Both the position numbers and the translations under genes were made by a program. A DNA stretch of 64,000 nucleotides, from the NCBI GenBank assembly GCA_008632985.1, contig QPGO01000102.1, positions 186,001-250,000 on the forward strand, in the 5' to 3' direction. Positions 25,150 through 37,149 of the stretch are shown here, in pieces. The notes below the pieces were generated by a model, which was given only the letters and a program-made list of their open reading frames with translations, was not told where the DNA came from and searched no databases. This DNA is from Psammoneis japonica (Eukaryota). Numbering within the stretch: the stretch's first letter is position 1; each line of letters starts with the position of its first letter.

Positions 25150-27810
25150 ATAAAAGTGCACACGCGAGTGAGCACAGTGCCCTACACACAAGCACCCCAA
25201 TCACATTTTATGTCATTCAAGGAAATCCCCGTAGAAGCAGTTTTAAGCTTTGAAGGTAACTGGCCACAATCAATCAAAGATGAGGCATGTACAAGAAGCA
25301 ACAAAGAATCAAGCAGACAACCCAAGGCTGTCACCCTTGCAGTCTCTCATCTCACAGCATGTGGGTGGAACCCTCCTCTCTTTTTGGCTCGAATCTGATC
25401 TGGTGGCCAGCTCATGATTTTCAGCCAAAAATTTGTTTCCACACACTTGTGCAGCATGACAACCATGGCCAGTTTAGACAATCTAGGTGAACACAATGAA
25501 GATGGGGCTTCCATGTGCTTTCTTTACAGTGTGTTGTTTCTGATTTTTTTTGAGAACAAACTCAACATGGGGAAGCACGTTCACAGCTGTTTTGTTCACT
25601 CCCACCCCACATTTCATTCTTTGTTTCTGCCACACTTGTTCAGCAAAAATGCATCAAAATGCAAAAAGAAAAAGACACAACAAGATGAAAAGAAAAAGAG
25701 AAGTCATGACAAAACCAAAAACAAAAAGTGGGCTGCATTCTCATCCAAGATGCCAAGATTGATGCACAACATTTTTGCCATGTGCATGCCAAGGCTGACA
25801 GCAACAAGAATCCATGAAAATGGACAATCAAAAGAAATGAAGTCACTTTCACTGTTGGTTTGTGGATGATCTTTGCTTTGCAAAGGGTGCTGCCAGCAGC
25901 CAAGAAGAGCCACACAAGAAGAGCTCATTGGCTTCTTGCATCATTTCTGCTTCGTGGCCCAATGTGCACCTGAGAAGCTGCACAGTGAATTCCAAGAGTT
26001 CCGCAGACACCAATGGCAGAAGCAGCAACAAGAAAAGCAACAGCCGCGTGCTTGAAATGATGCACCCCCTCATGCTGGCTTGCCAGTGTGACATCTGGAG
26101 CTTCAACCTGTCATCATCTTTGTCAAACCAGCAAAAAAGCCAGAAAACTCTGACCCACAAACTCACCAAGTTTCCACTTCCCAGGCACATTGTGCAGCTT
26201 TTTGCGGCATCATGGCCCTGTTGTTGGCAGGTTTCATGTCGCAGTTGCACTGGCTTGTCACCGATGGTGAGGAACAGTGCATTGTGGGCATGAGCAACCT
26301 TTTCAGATGGAGGAAGGTGTTTTGCTGTTGATGCTGGCATTTTTCTTGTTGTTGCCCTTTTTTTCATTTGCCCGTGGAGCTGCTTTGTTTCTTTGTGTGC
26401 CCCTCCTCCAATGATGCCCACACTTTCTTTGCACACTGCTGCAGCTGCTGCTCAGCTGTCTGCAGTGCACATGCAACAAGAGGCTTGCACACAGGAGGTG
26501 TCATCATGGCAGCAGCTGGAGCTTCTCTTGCACTGCTGCATTGAGGAACCACAATTTGTGGGAGACAGCAGTGGTGTGACATGGTGTGTTTTGGATTTGG
26601 ACTTTGCCGTTTGCAGTGTCTCATGAAAATTGTTTTTGCTCATGGTGTTTTGGTGCATTTTTTTTCTTTCTCTGTCTCCTTCAGATTGCCCAACAGGGCT
26701 GGCCTCTCTTGTCACACAAGAACACTCAGCCTTGTGGACTTGACACCATTTGCAAATGAAGCAGTGCATTTTTTGATGATGCAGTGGTGTGTTTTTTGCA
26801 ACATGTCATCAGCACTGCAAGGCATTGCATGGACAACACTTTTTTGCTTTGTGGCATTGAATCAGACAAACACACCAAATTTGGTGCAGACAAAACAGCA
26901 ACCCTGTGCCCTGTGCTTGGCTTTGAGAGCACGCAACAACCGAGAAGCCCAGGAGGCACAAGTGCAGAAGGTCTGACACTGCAAAACAAAACAACAACAG
27001 CACTGGCATTGTGCAAGCATTATGGCCTTTTTGCTGCTTTCCAAGACAAGCTTGTGTTGCTCTTGTTTGAGCTTTGTGTCAATGTCTGTTGCCGTCACCT
27101 CATGTTCTTCAAGCTGCAGCGCTGCTCCTTTGTCTTGATGCTGTGCCATGCAGTCAACTCAAGATTTCCACACAGGTTGACTGGCCAGCTTGTCTCTAGC
27201 ACACAGATTGCATGCACAAAAAGCTGGAAGCTGGAGCTCTATTTTAACATGAACCAGCTCTCCGCGCAACACCACCCAAGAAAGAACAACACAGCCATTT
27301 GTCAAAAACAGCTGGGCTCAACAGAAGAAACACAGAAAAGCAGCTCAAAGTCACAGCTGAAGCAGCCTCATGCAGTTTCCCATTGTTTTTTGTTGTGAAA
27401 AATTGCTTGTTGAAAACTTTTCTTTTGTTGCTCATGCACTCAAAGCAGCCGGCCAAGAGCGCAGTTTTTGGCCGAATCTCTTCTCTCTCAGCAAAATGAC
27501 TGGATGATCTGAAGAAAGAGAAAAGCAGGGGGAAACTCCCAAGAAAGATTTGCTCCCAAAAAAGGTTTGGTGATGGAAGAAGGATTGACACAACACCTCA
27601 CCCCAGCATGGCGTGCACAACTCTCGTGTCTGTGTGGAGCAAGGCAGGGCACATCTCTGTTCTTCGGCCCTGCTGCCTCGAGAGGAAGAAGCCTCCTGGA
27701 GTGTACAGAGATGAGCATGACAGGGACAGGTCTTGATGTTGCTGAGGCACACTCACAACTGCCAACTGGAAATGACACAAAACATTGTTCTGCCATTGAC
27801 CAAAAAGCAG
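25150..27810. mobile_element. Degenerate repeat/TE relic, TpA- and CpG-depleted
   Basis: Same compositional signature, with a graded left edge at 25150-25300. Confidence 0.55.
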
Positions 27811-28543
27811 TGTAAAAGAAAACTGGAGTGCCATGCTAGAGCTCGAGAGTCCACACGAGCGAGGCATCATTCTGAATGAAGAACTATAACGCAGGCCGAC
27901 AGAGCTCGAAAAAAAATGATAACCGTGACGTTGGCTTCGTCCGACGTCTGTCACATTCAAATTTACTATCGAAAAATAAGTTTAGTATCCGGCAACACAC
28001 TCGCATTTCGAGCGTCACACCAGCTGTTTGACACCATTCTTCTCTGAGGGCAATACCACACGAAAAACAGAAATTATGCTGAAAAACGCACTTGTGTTCA
28101 ACGGGATCGACGTTAGGGCAATAGCATTTTTAGATTTTCTTTTAAGTAAATCACTTCGTGACGTAATGATGACTTAATAATAGCCCTTTATGCGTCAGAA
28201 TGTTACTCGCCGAACAGTTCTACTCCATATCTTTATTGTCAAACGTCATTTCTTCCTTTCATTTTGTTAACTAAATTATTCGACGGTTTTGAAAGAGATT
28301 TAACACCAAGTGAAGAACGTCGATTCTGATTGGCTGAGAGCTCTTACCCAGAAACGCCTCAGAAACGAAATGACGCTCACGCTTCCTGCAGCGTGTCACC
28401 CATCAAATCACGAACACAACATCCAAACTTCGTGCTGATCAACGAACACAATCACAAATAATCGCCATCAGCATCAACGCAATGCTCAAAGATCAATAAG
28501 AACAAGACCCACCCCCGACACCCTTTTACTCTCACTTTCTTTA

Positions 28544-28984
28544 ATGGCTCCGCAAAGCGAAATGATGATAATGGCAGGTGAATTCGACGTTCAGCATTCG
28601 TCTGTCTCTGAAGCGATTGACTCTATCATGAAATCTATCGTGGAGGAAAATGACGAACCGCTGCTGGCGAAGAACGACCGGCGGGAAATGAATCTTTGCT
28701 CTAGCAAACTCCAATCGTTCATTTCAGAACCGGTTGATCACCAAATAAACATGCACTTGTTGTCATGGGACCTCCTCGTGATGGCCTCCACGGAAGAGAA
28801 GGAGAGTCAAAAGGGTGTTGGGCGCGTCGGAAAGAGAAATTGGGACAAGCAAGAAGTGCCGAACAAGTTTGTCAACCTCTGTTCTCTACAAGAAAGATCA
28901 GACTTTATGAGTCCAAGAAAGCGACTCAGATCTTTTGAAGACTCTCCTCAAGGTTGGGGACACTTCATCGAAGCAAGAGAATGA
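28544..28984 (+). CDS. Hypothetical 146-aa protein
   Basis: Isolated ORF after an AC-rich 5' leader. Ends in a GWGHF motif. Upstream TGACGT and CCAAT-like motifs. Confidence 0.5.
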   Translation: MAPQSEMMIMAGEFDVQHSSVSEAIDSIMKSIVEENDEPLLAKNDRREMNLCSSKLQSFISEPVDHQINMHLLSWDLLVMASTEEKESQKGVGRVGKRNWDKQEVPNKFVNLCSLQERSDFMSPRKRLRSFEDSPQGWGHFIEARE

Positions 28985-29993
28985 ACATATGCTATTGTAA
29001 TTAGGGAAAGGAAGAAGAAGGACTGTAAATACTCGGGTGGAGGAAGGAACAAGATAGACTTCGTGCTGCCGTGTCACGGGGCAGCGCACTGTACAAAATC
29101 AAATCGTGAAGTTTTCGTAGATACAAGGGTTTCCCTCAGTTGCTTTGACAAGAACATATTCCAAAGCAACACTACTTGTAAATATTCTATTATAGAGCTA
29201 AGAACCCCTGCGTTTCAACAATGATTATCTACTTCGTATCATATATTAGTTTACCGAATTTGAGTTAGCTTTATGATTGAGCTTAATCGTATTCTCCTGA
29301 TGGCTGAGTACATAGAGCAACTGCCTCTATGAATAGGAGTCCTGTTCGAGGACGTACCACATCAGGAGATTAAAAGTAGGAGAATAGACCTTCGTAGCAG
29401 CACTGACACTCCGGAAGCTTGATTCTAACAAGTAACGGTTGCCTCTGTTTCTAATACTGCTAGGCAAGCTTTCTTTGTGAACATATTGCAGACTCTATAT
29501 CTACTTTAATGCGCTCTTTCTAGTTGAAAGAGCAGAATTCTGCAAGCCGTGTTCCCTTCTCTATCATAAACTAACAATGTCAATAGATTGGTGTCTCCTG
29601 GACTAGGAGCGTTGCCACGTTGGTCCTAGAGGGTCTTTGCGGCGGCTACCAGCACCTTTGCTATCTTTCGAAAACGAACACACACGAAATCATGCGGCCT
29701 GTGCGTCGCCTCCACTTCCGGGCTGTGCCCAGAATTCATCTCAAAACGAATCTGCTTACGGTAGCTTTTCTCGACATTGGTAGATGTTCTCGAACATGCG
29801 TTTTCGTCCCTGAGCCTATTGTTGTGAGACACTAAGAGGCAGCAACACTCTCACTGTTGGGCTATGCGATTACATCTTTGTGTATTACCTGATATTATGT
29901 AATGTCTATTTTTGTCTATTACTGAAAATCAAATTGTAAACGAAATGAAACTGTCATGAACGCATGCAAGTCATACGAAACCACCGTTTCAAA

Positions 29994-31082
29994 TTATCCA
30001 TAACACCGAATCGGTTCCTTGCTTCCCTTCTTGGCGCTTTGACCGCCCTTGAGCAAGTACTGTTGATGATAATCTTCCGCATCGTAAAAGGTCACTGCGG
30101 GTTTAACTGAAACTTGAAACTTGTTCTTGTCCTCCTGTATTCTTTCTTCTGCCAACGTGCGCTGCTCATCGCTGTGATAGAAAACACCATGTTGATACTG
30201 CATGCTGCTGGCGTCGGTCTCGAACAGATTCATGGTCATTTGTTGGTACTGAGGACCTGACGTTGCGGCTAATCTTTCCATGGCAACATCCAGCAAGGTT
30301 GCATAGGAGACGACTCGAGTGTCGTGAATTACCAAGATTGATTCGATATGTTGACTGTCTCCTTCGCACACTTCTTGATATGATGGATGAGCCGTCCGTC
30401 CTTGTGTGTATCCAACTTTTGTTCCCACAACGCCTGGTGTGCGCATAAAGGCCAATTCTCCACCCCAAAAGCAGCCCAAGGCAAACGTCGCAGCTTGATA
30501 CGGAGATGAAAACTCCTGTGCGTTCGAGATTCCTTGTGAATATACCAACGACTGCTTAGATAACGACGAGTCGATTGAAAGTATCTTTACCCGGCAAGCA
30601 AAGCTCGCCCCAGCAAGCGGAGGATTTCCATCGACAACGATAGCATCATCAGTCACCTCGGTCACATACACCTGGATTCCACCCTCTAGAAAGATTTTCG
30701 ACCCCACCTTGAGAAGATTAATGTCTTTTACGGATCGGATCTTCTTCTTGGCCACCTTAACAACGAGGCTGGGATTTCTTTCTCCCCAACCGGCATCAAT
30801 TGAATCTTCAACTTCTTCTCCCACAGTCATGCCTGTGATGAGTGAGTGCAGTCCCGGGAGATAATTACCCCAGCCTAAAACTAGACTTATAGTGCCCTCT
30901 GTATCAAAGAGGGGATCTGGGACATAACCGTTTTCTGGTGTCATGCTGAATTCCACGGTTACAACATCGCCGGGCTGAGCTGTGATGATGGGTGAGTTCA
31001 TCGAACTGTTCTTCTTTTCGTCTTCGAGATGAAGAGCTGCAGTTTCGATGGTTTCACATAATGTGGTTTCGTCGTATCTCAT
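29994..31082 (-). CDS. msrA: FKBP-type PPIase (SlyD-like) fused to peptide methionine sulfoxide reductase A
   Basis: N-terminal GDVVTVEF..LPGL..GM.VGE..WGERNP..VDGNPPLAG (SlyD/FKBP). C-terminal ALGCFWG, GYTQG, Y.EVC and FYDAEDYHQQYL (MsrA). True start may be further upstream. Confidence 0.88.
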   Translation of the reverse strand: MRYDETTLCETIETAALHLEDEKKNSSMNSPIITAQPGDVVTVEFSMTPENGYVPDPLFDTEGTISLVLGWGNYLPGLHSLITGMTVGEEVEDSIDAGWGERNPSLVVKVAKKKIRSVKDINLLKVGSKIFLEGGIQVYVTEVTDDAIVVDGNPPLAGASFACRVKILSIDSSLSKQSLVYSQGISNAQEFSSPYQAATFALGCFWGGELAFMRTPGVVGTKVGYTQGRTAHPSYQEVCEGDSQHIESILVIHDTRVVSYATLLDVAMERLAATSGPQYQQMTMNLFETDASSMQYQHGVFYHSDEQRTLAEERIQEDKNKFQVSVKPAVTFYDAEDYHQQYLLKGGQSAKKGSKEPIRCYG

Positions 31083-31747
31083 CTTTCTGTGAAAGTGATT
31101 TTAGCATAGGATCTACGAGTAATAAGTCCGCTGTCGTCTTCTGGTCATGGCGAAAAAGTGAACCATCGCAAGTGCAAGCCACGCAAGCGCCGTTGTTGCT
31201 TTCCCGGATCGCCCGCGCACTTCGCCGTGCATAGAGATCTTGTGTAGGAACAATACTGATGCCTACTGCTCTGTAGAAGCTACGAAGAACTCCGTATCTT
31301 AGAATTCTCCGCGAATCAAATCGAACAAAATCGAACGTCGAACAGGCCGGAACAGAATTTTCAAAAAGATGCCCGTGCAAGATCAGTCTTGGAAATCCCA
31401 GTATTGAATTTACTGACCTCTCTACGTAGAAAATGAATGGCCAATAGCATTTCAGCACCACGTCAGCGTATTGAGGGGAAAGTACTCGCGTACGTACGGT
31501 ACGTACCTACGCATAGGAGATTTTTTACAGTATGTTTATGAGGTCATGATGACATCATAGTATCTTCGCTCTTGGCACGCCGTTTCTTCCCTCCGACACG
31601 ACTGAAAGATCCGCGGATACATCAAGATGGTGTTCATTTTGTGAAGGGACAAGGACGGAAGCGCGTATGTAGTCATCTCTTTGCTCCTTGGTACGACTAA
31701 AAAATGTATCTCATAGGACTACAGTACGGTAAGCAATAGATATCAAG

Positions 31748-32615
31748 ATGAAGATCGAGGTTGAGTTCTTGGGTGGATTATCCGATGAGCAAAAGAAGGC
31801 GTTTACCGAAGCATCCAAGAGGTGGATGGAAATCATTCCCGGAGAGCTTTCTCCCGTGACGATTGATGGTCACAAGGAAACGAATGGAGTAGTTATTAGC
31901 GCCCAAGGTAGTCGAATCGATGGATCGGGCGGCGTGCTGGGACGTGCCGGTCCAACCGAAGTACGTGTCAAATCTGGTCTTCCTTTCCGTGGACGCATGG
32001 AGTTTGATACCGGGGACTTAAATCGCATGGAACAAAACGGCACATTGAAATCCGTCATCTTACACGAAATGGGCCATGTATTAGGTCTTGGAACATTGTG
32101 GGATCGATTCGACCTGCTGAAAGGACAAGGTATGATACCGGCTTTTGCAACTCTAGCAGATACTGACGCACTCTCACATTATCTCACATTTTGCAGGCAC
32201 AGACAATCCTGAATACACAGGAACGAATGCAATGAGGGAGTACGCATCCTTGTTGGGGTCAAAGCAGCCTCGTGCTGTCCCTGTTGCAAACGAGGGCGGT
32301 CCTGGCAGACGTGAAGGTCACTGGCGTGAATCCGTGTTTGATCACGAGCTCATGACTGGCTTAGCTGAGCCTGCAAACATGCCGATTAGTCGCATGACAA
32401 TTGCGGCTCTGGAAGATTTAGGATACCAAGTAAACTACCGAAAGGCGGATCAGTACAAGCTTCCAGGAGGAAACGCTGTGACGGGTCTTCAGTCTCGGCC
32501 AGCTTCTGTTGTTGACAGTCGCAAGCTCTGTCAGGTTGACTTTCCTGATGTTTATGAAGGAAGACGCCGGCGTTCATGTTGTTGTCTACGCGTGACTGAG
32601 CACGGGGCAGCCTGA
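31748..32615 (+). CDS. Leishmanolysin-like (M8-type) zinc metallopeptidase; join(31748..32129,32197..32615)
   Basis: HEMGHVLGLG zinc motif, downstream GHWRE and ELMTG (Met-turn), IDGSGGVLGRAGP. In-frame GT-AG intron at 32130-32196. Confidence 0.85.
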
Positions 32616-33512
32616 TGGTAGAAAAATATAACAAGATGCATCTCTGATATATATTATAATAATTTTTCGAAGTATTGGTTTTATTTTGAGCTACCTGTAT
32701 GTTGTTGGTTTCTACCCACGGTATGTGAGGAGGAGTGTAGTTTCACCCCACAAAATACTGGTCCCACGAAGCCATTAAAAGTGCAACGCATAGTTGAATC
32801 AATCATCGCGACTTGGCTGGCTGGACACCCTATGCCAGTCACAGATTACCGTCCTTCGCTCACATTTCTCAGCGCACAACCTGAAAAAGAACCGCAAGAA
32901 GACCTGAGAAAGAGTGATGAGTTGGGATTTAGAGATCGCGAAGAGCACTAGTTTACTGCTCAAAAAGTACCCGATAATACCGTGACGATACCAATTAAGG
33001 TCAGTGGAAAATGGAAAATGTGAGAGGGGAATAGCACATCACATCTCAAACTCAACGGTCAGAACCGCAATTCCAATCGCTATTATCACTCATTTAGAGC
33101 AAAGACGTTAATTCAACGGATTCAGAATTGGTGGGAAATTTCGAAATTTCGCGGCTCGATGATGATTGATGATTGATTCTTCCTCCCTCGACGATGACGA
33201 TTGCCACAGTACTGCATACAAGTATTGATATAGCAGCGCAAACGCTAAACTGACTGACTATTATAACCAGCTCCGCCTTTTACAACACACCCGCAATAGT
33301 CAATAATTGATCACAGTTGCCCTACGTTGTACCGTGTCACGGAGAAGACCACCGCATTTCACAGAAGAATGCAGCAATTGTCGCATCGGATGAAAGCAGC
33401 ACTATATGAGCTAGGTGAGTTTGGCTGCAGCGACTTGAAATGGAAAGGAAGGTGATCGCTTTTCTCACACAAACTTTCTCTGTCTGACGACTTAAGCATC
33501 GAACCCCAAATC

Positions 33513-35101
33513 ATGTGCTACTCGGTTACTTCGGATGCTTGTTGTTATAACCTTCTTCTTTCAGCTCATTATCTACAACCAATTTCAACAGGAGTACATG
33601 AACACGGATCATCATCAACTCGGAAGGCTTCGGTCGAACAACAACCAGAGACCAGACGGGACGCTGAATGGCATAAATATCTATTATCACAAGAGTGAGG
33701 AGACACCCCTGCATTCATCGGCTCACTGTGTGGGAGAAAACTATCAGGACACGGCTTGGATTCACAAATCTTGCAGCTTTCAGAATTTGTGCTTTGACAT
33801 GGAAGCGAAAGAATACGTCTTGTTTCGTTCTAGGGAGCAAGAGCAACTCGAAGCTAGAGTGAAACGAGAGCCACTAGCTTCTACTGCCTTCACGATGCAG
33901 GATGCGAAGATTGCAATTGGCGGTGTTAATCCTCAATGGTCGTGGGAGTCAACCGGCGTTCCTCGAATGAAGTGGTTTCCCCAGATCTTATCACAAAGTG
34001 TATTAGAAACGGACGGATATTACCAGCTGGAATCCGACGTTGTATGGGTACCGTTCCATTCCTTGGCTGGCTTCAATCCCGGGCATTTGGTGTGGGATGA
34101 TCTCTTGCCTATATACACCCTGCTATCCATGTTCCAAATGCTACATGGTCGTAATGGAAAGCGACTGTTGCTTACCCGCTACGTACTTGATGGCGAACCG
34201 CTTTGGGCGACTTGCGACTCCAACGATAAGAATAAACAACGATGTATGTCCATGTTTGACAAGTTCCTGCCTCTCATGGGAGTTTTTGACCGAGAAGAAA
34301 CCTTCACAACAAATCAAGAGATGAATCTTGTTGTACCCGATGGCATCCCCCGTTCAAAGTACGTGTGTGCCTCACAAGGCGCAGCGGGATTGGGAATGCT
34401 TACAGACCATGGGATTAAACAACACGGGCGGGAACCTCCAGACTACGAGACTACACACAACATTGGACGAGGTGCGATGCTTTACTCTTTTCGTAACTTC
34501 ATGCTGCAAAATATCAACATGCCAAACATACCACGTAAGTGCCCGCCTTGCTTCAACAGAATAACCTACAGGATGCGCCAACTCTCATCCTGTCCATGTT
34601 CATCTCCCGTTGACTATATTGCGTCGTTCCATCAAAAGTGAACGAGCGAAAAGGACCACTCAAGATTACGTTCTCCATATACTCATCGCATACGAAAGCC
34701 CGGGCCACCGATTTCGCGGAACAGCTCAAAGTGGTGCAAAACCATTTTTGGTGGAATCGTCAAGTTATCGTTGAGTCATACTTCATGCAGAACCTCTCAC
34801 TCGAGGAACAAGTTCGTATCGCTACAGAATCTTCCATCTTTGTCACCGTGTGTGGTGGTGGAGCGGTGACAGCACATTCTTACCGGAAGGATCGAGTTTG
34901 TTTGTGTTTTATGAAGGGCAAGGTGCCAAATTAAACGGGGAAATCATTCCGTTCCCAGCAAGACTAGATTGGGACATGGTAAACAACATGTCTTACCTAC
35001 GGGCCCATTGGGTGCCTCTTGAAACAAAGGATGTCCCAGACCAGCTCAACTTTTTCGTCGATCTCGTCCAGCATGAAGTTGACACCATAATGGCCATGTG
35101 A
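33513..35101 (+). CDS. GT61-like glycosyltransferase (type II membrane; intron ~34535-34637, apparent frameshifts)
   Basis: N-terminal TM, SC.FQNLC, NPGHLVWDD.LPIYTL, LSLEEQV...SIFVTVCGGGAV. Confidence 0.7.
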
Positions 35102-35355
35102 AGCAGTGAGTCACTCGCTATGCTACCTGAAGTAAACCCTCTCTCACAGGTTCCTGCCTTCGCACCGATAACGTGCGGCGAAAGCGAGTTGTGCCCTTTA
35201 CACTGAAGAGGCCTTGGCGTTGTTGCACCCATCCCCATCTCAATCCACTTGTTAGTTCGTCCGGTCCACTTCAGACTCTGGAGTTTTGAGATTCCAGACA
35301 CGATCCTAGCCAACGTATTTCCAGAGGAAAAAGCCATTCTGAGTCTACCAACATT

Positions 35356-36785
35356 CTACTCAACACACTCGGCCAATTTTAAAGCACGTAGAACCGAATC
35401 CATAGCTGTCAACGGTACATCAAATGCTTTCGAATTGCTTGCAGCAAAGTGTATTCTCCAGTACGGTTGCCCTAAAGCATTCGAGTTGTGCCAGATGGAT
35501 CGATGAGCAAGTTGAGGTGTAGACCGATTGGTCATTTGCCCGTGAATAAGTCCCTTGTCGTTAACAGGGAACAACTCAATAATGTTAGTCGGTGCTCGCT
35601 TCTCAGAATGAGTGGCAAAGAACTGATTGTATAGTCCACCGCCATGAATCCCCACAATGGCGCAAACGTCAGCAAAGTAGTCGACGAGTTGAGATACTGT
35701 TGTTAATTTCTTGGCAGAAGGATTGTACAAAGTGAGCTCCGTCTGACCTTGTCCTGTCGTTTGATTCAGACGAGCAATAACTGCATTCTCGTTGGTACAT
35801 TGCCTTGCAAAAGTCCCCTTTAGCTGCGCTCCTTGTCGACTAATCCAAATAATTCTCTTTTGTTGAGGATATTGTTTAGTAGGCTGTGGAAGATTACTCT
35901 GAAACCACTGTGCATGAGTAGGGTGCAGCCGTACTTGATCAGCGTCTCGTGGATATCGTTTTCGTACAATGGACACTCCACCGTCACGGCTGGTGACCTC
36001 TTTGAATCGCGTCGTTGGGTAGAGACGTTCCTTTGGAAACCCCAGCATGGACCATTCTTCGTGAAGAATTTCAGATCCTCTAGCAGGTCGTTCGTACAGT
36101 ATGCGTTCTTCGAAACGATAATTGGTTGTCGAAACAAAGTTCAAAACAGCGTCCAGACCCTGTCGTGCTTGATAGAGAAACGACAGGCATTGTCATGAAA
36201 ATGTTGAAACCAAAAACTTTGAACTCCAACGATGCGGGCCGTGACTATAGCAGAATTGTTTTCGTGCTCAAGAGGGAAAAAGACAAAACAAGTTTCCCAA
36301 GATGTGTCCATCCAGTCTGGGGACATGGAGTTTGTATTTTCTGGTTGCAAGAGGAATAAGTCTTTGTCCTTTGTGCCCGGGACAAAGTTGGGCAGCACGT
36401 GTCGAAAGGGCGGCAGTGTCCCATTGACACAAACTGTAGTATTTGGTTGTATGATTGCGTTTTGCGCACTGTACGTAGAGATTGATTGAACCAATCGAGC
36501 AAACTCTGGTTCACCGGGGTTGAGAAAATCGATGCCATCGCTGTTTGGGAGACTCCACTTAAGTCGCCCCGATTCTCCAACAAGTGATGCCGGCTTCTTT
36601 ATCCTTGTTCTAGTTGGCTTGGAGCGCAAAAGAGCGATTTGAAGGGGCGACTGTAGAGTACTCTGGAGTGTCAACGCGTTGTACCAACAGGACACGAGGG
36701 TCACAACAGCTGGTAAACCAAAAATGAGGTAGCGGTAGTTTCTGTAGCACGGGTGATGATGCTTCTTTCTTTCAGGATTCTTCAT
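35356..36785 (-). CDS. Second GT61-like glycosyltransferase (frameshift near 36143)
   Basis: N-terminal TM, FWFQHFHDN, IIWISR...RQCTNE, F...AIVGIHGGGLYN.F...IIELFP. Confidence 0.7.
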
Positions 36786-37149
36786 AATCGCCTGCTTGGA
36801 TGGTACATTGATAAAGACATGTAGTTCGTTTGCGATGCTCTGGCAGTAAGAGAGAGAACGCTCGTCACCACCGTCTTTTCACCATGGTTCTTGCTTTTTC
36901 TCGTCGCTTGTGCCGCCGCGGAAGAATCGGATGCTCAAAAGCAGGACAAGTTTCACGTGAATTTCTACGGAACTTCAGCTATGACTCTTGCGCCGCTGTT
37001 TCCCCGCCAATTTCGAATTGCCCAATCTGCAGATCATTTTGGATTTTCATGTCACCACCGCCACTTACTCGCATCATCTGTCGCACCGCAAGCCGTTCAG
37101 CAATGCTGTAAGAGGACGGGACTTGCCATTGCTTCACCCCGCTCCCCGG

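Noticed and set aside
7167..27800. Dozens of 60-200 aa Cys/His-rich ORFs in the TA-depleted blocks as real genes
   Set aside because: They are a by-product of TAA/TAG loss, overlap in all six frames and show no recognizable domains.
15260..32615. TIMP-like protein and M8 peptidase as a linked inhibitor/protease pair
   Set aside because: They are 15 kb apart with unrelated genes between, and the peptidase lacks an evident signal peptide.
4875..36785. Frameshifts in MCMBP, FDXR, centrin-like, Rab-like and both GT61-like genes read as pseudogenization or programmed frameshifting
   Set aside because: They are 1-2 nt indels, often in short homopolymers, in otherwise intact conserved genes. This is most consistent with uncorrected long-read assembly errors; check with short reads.
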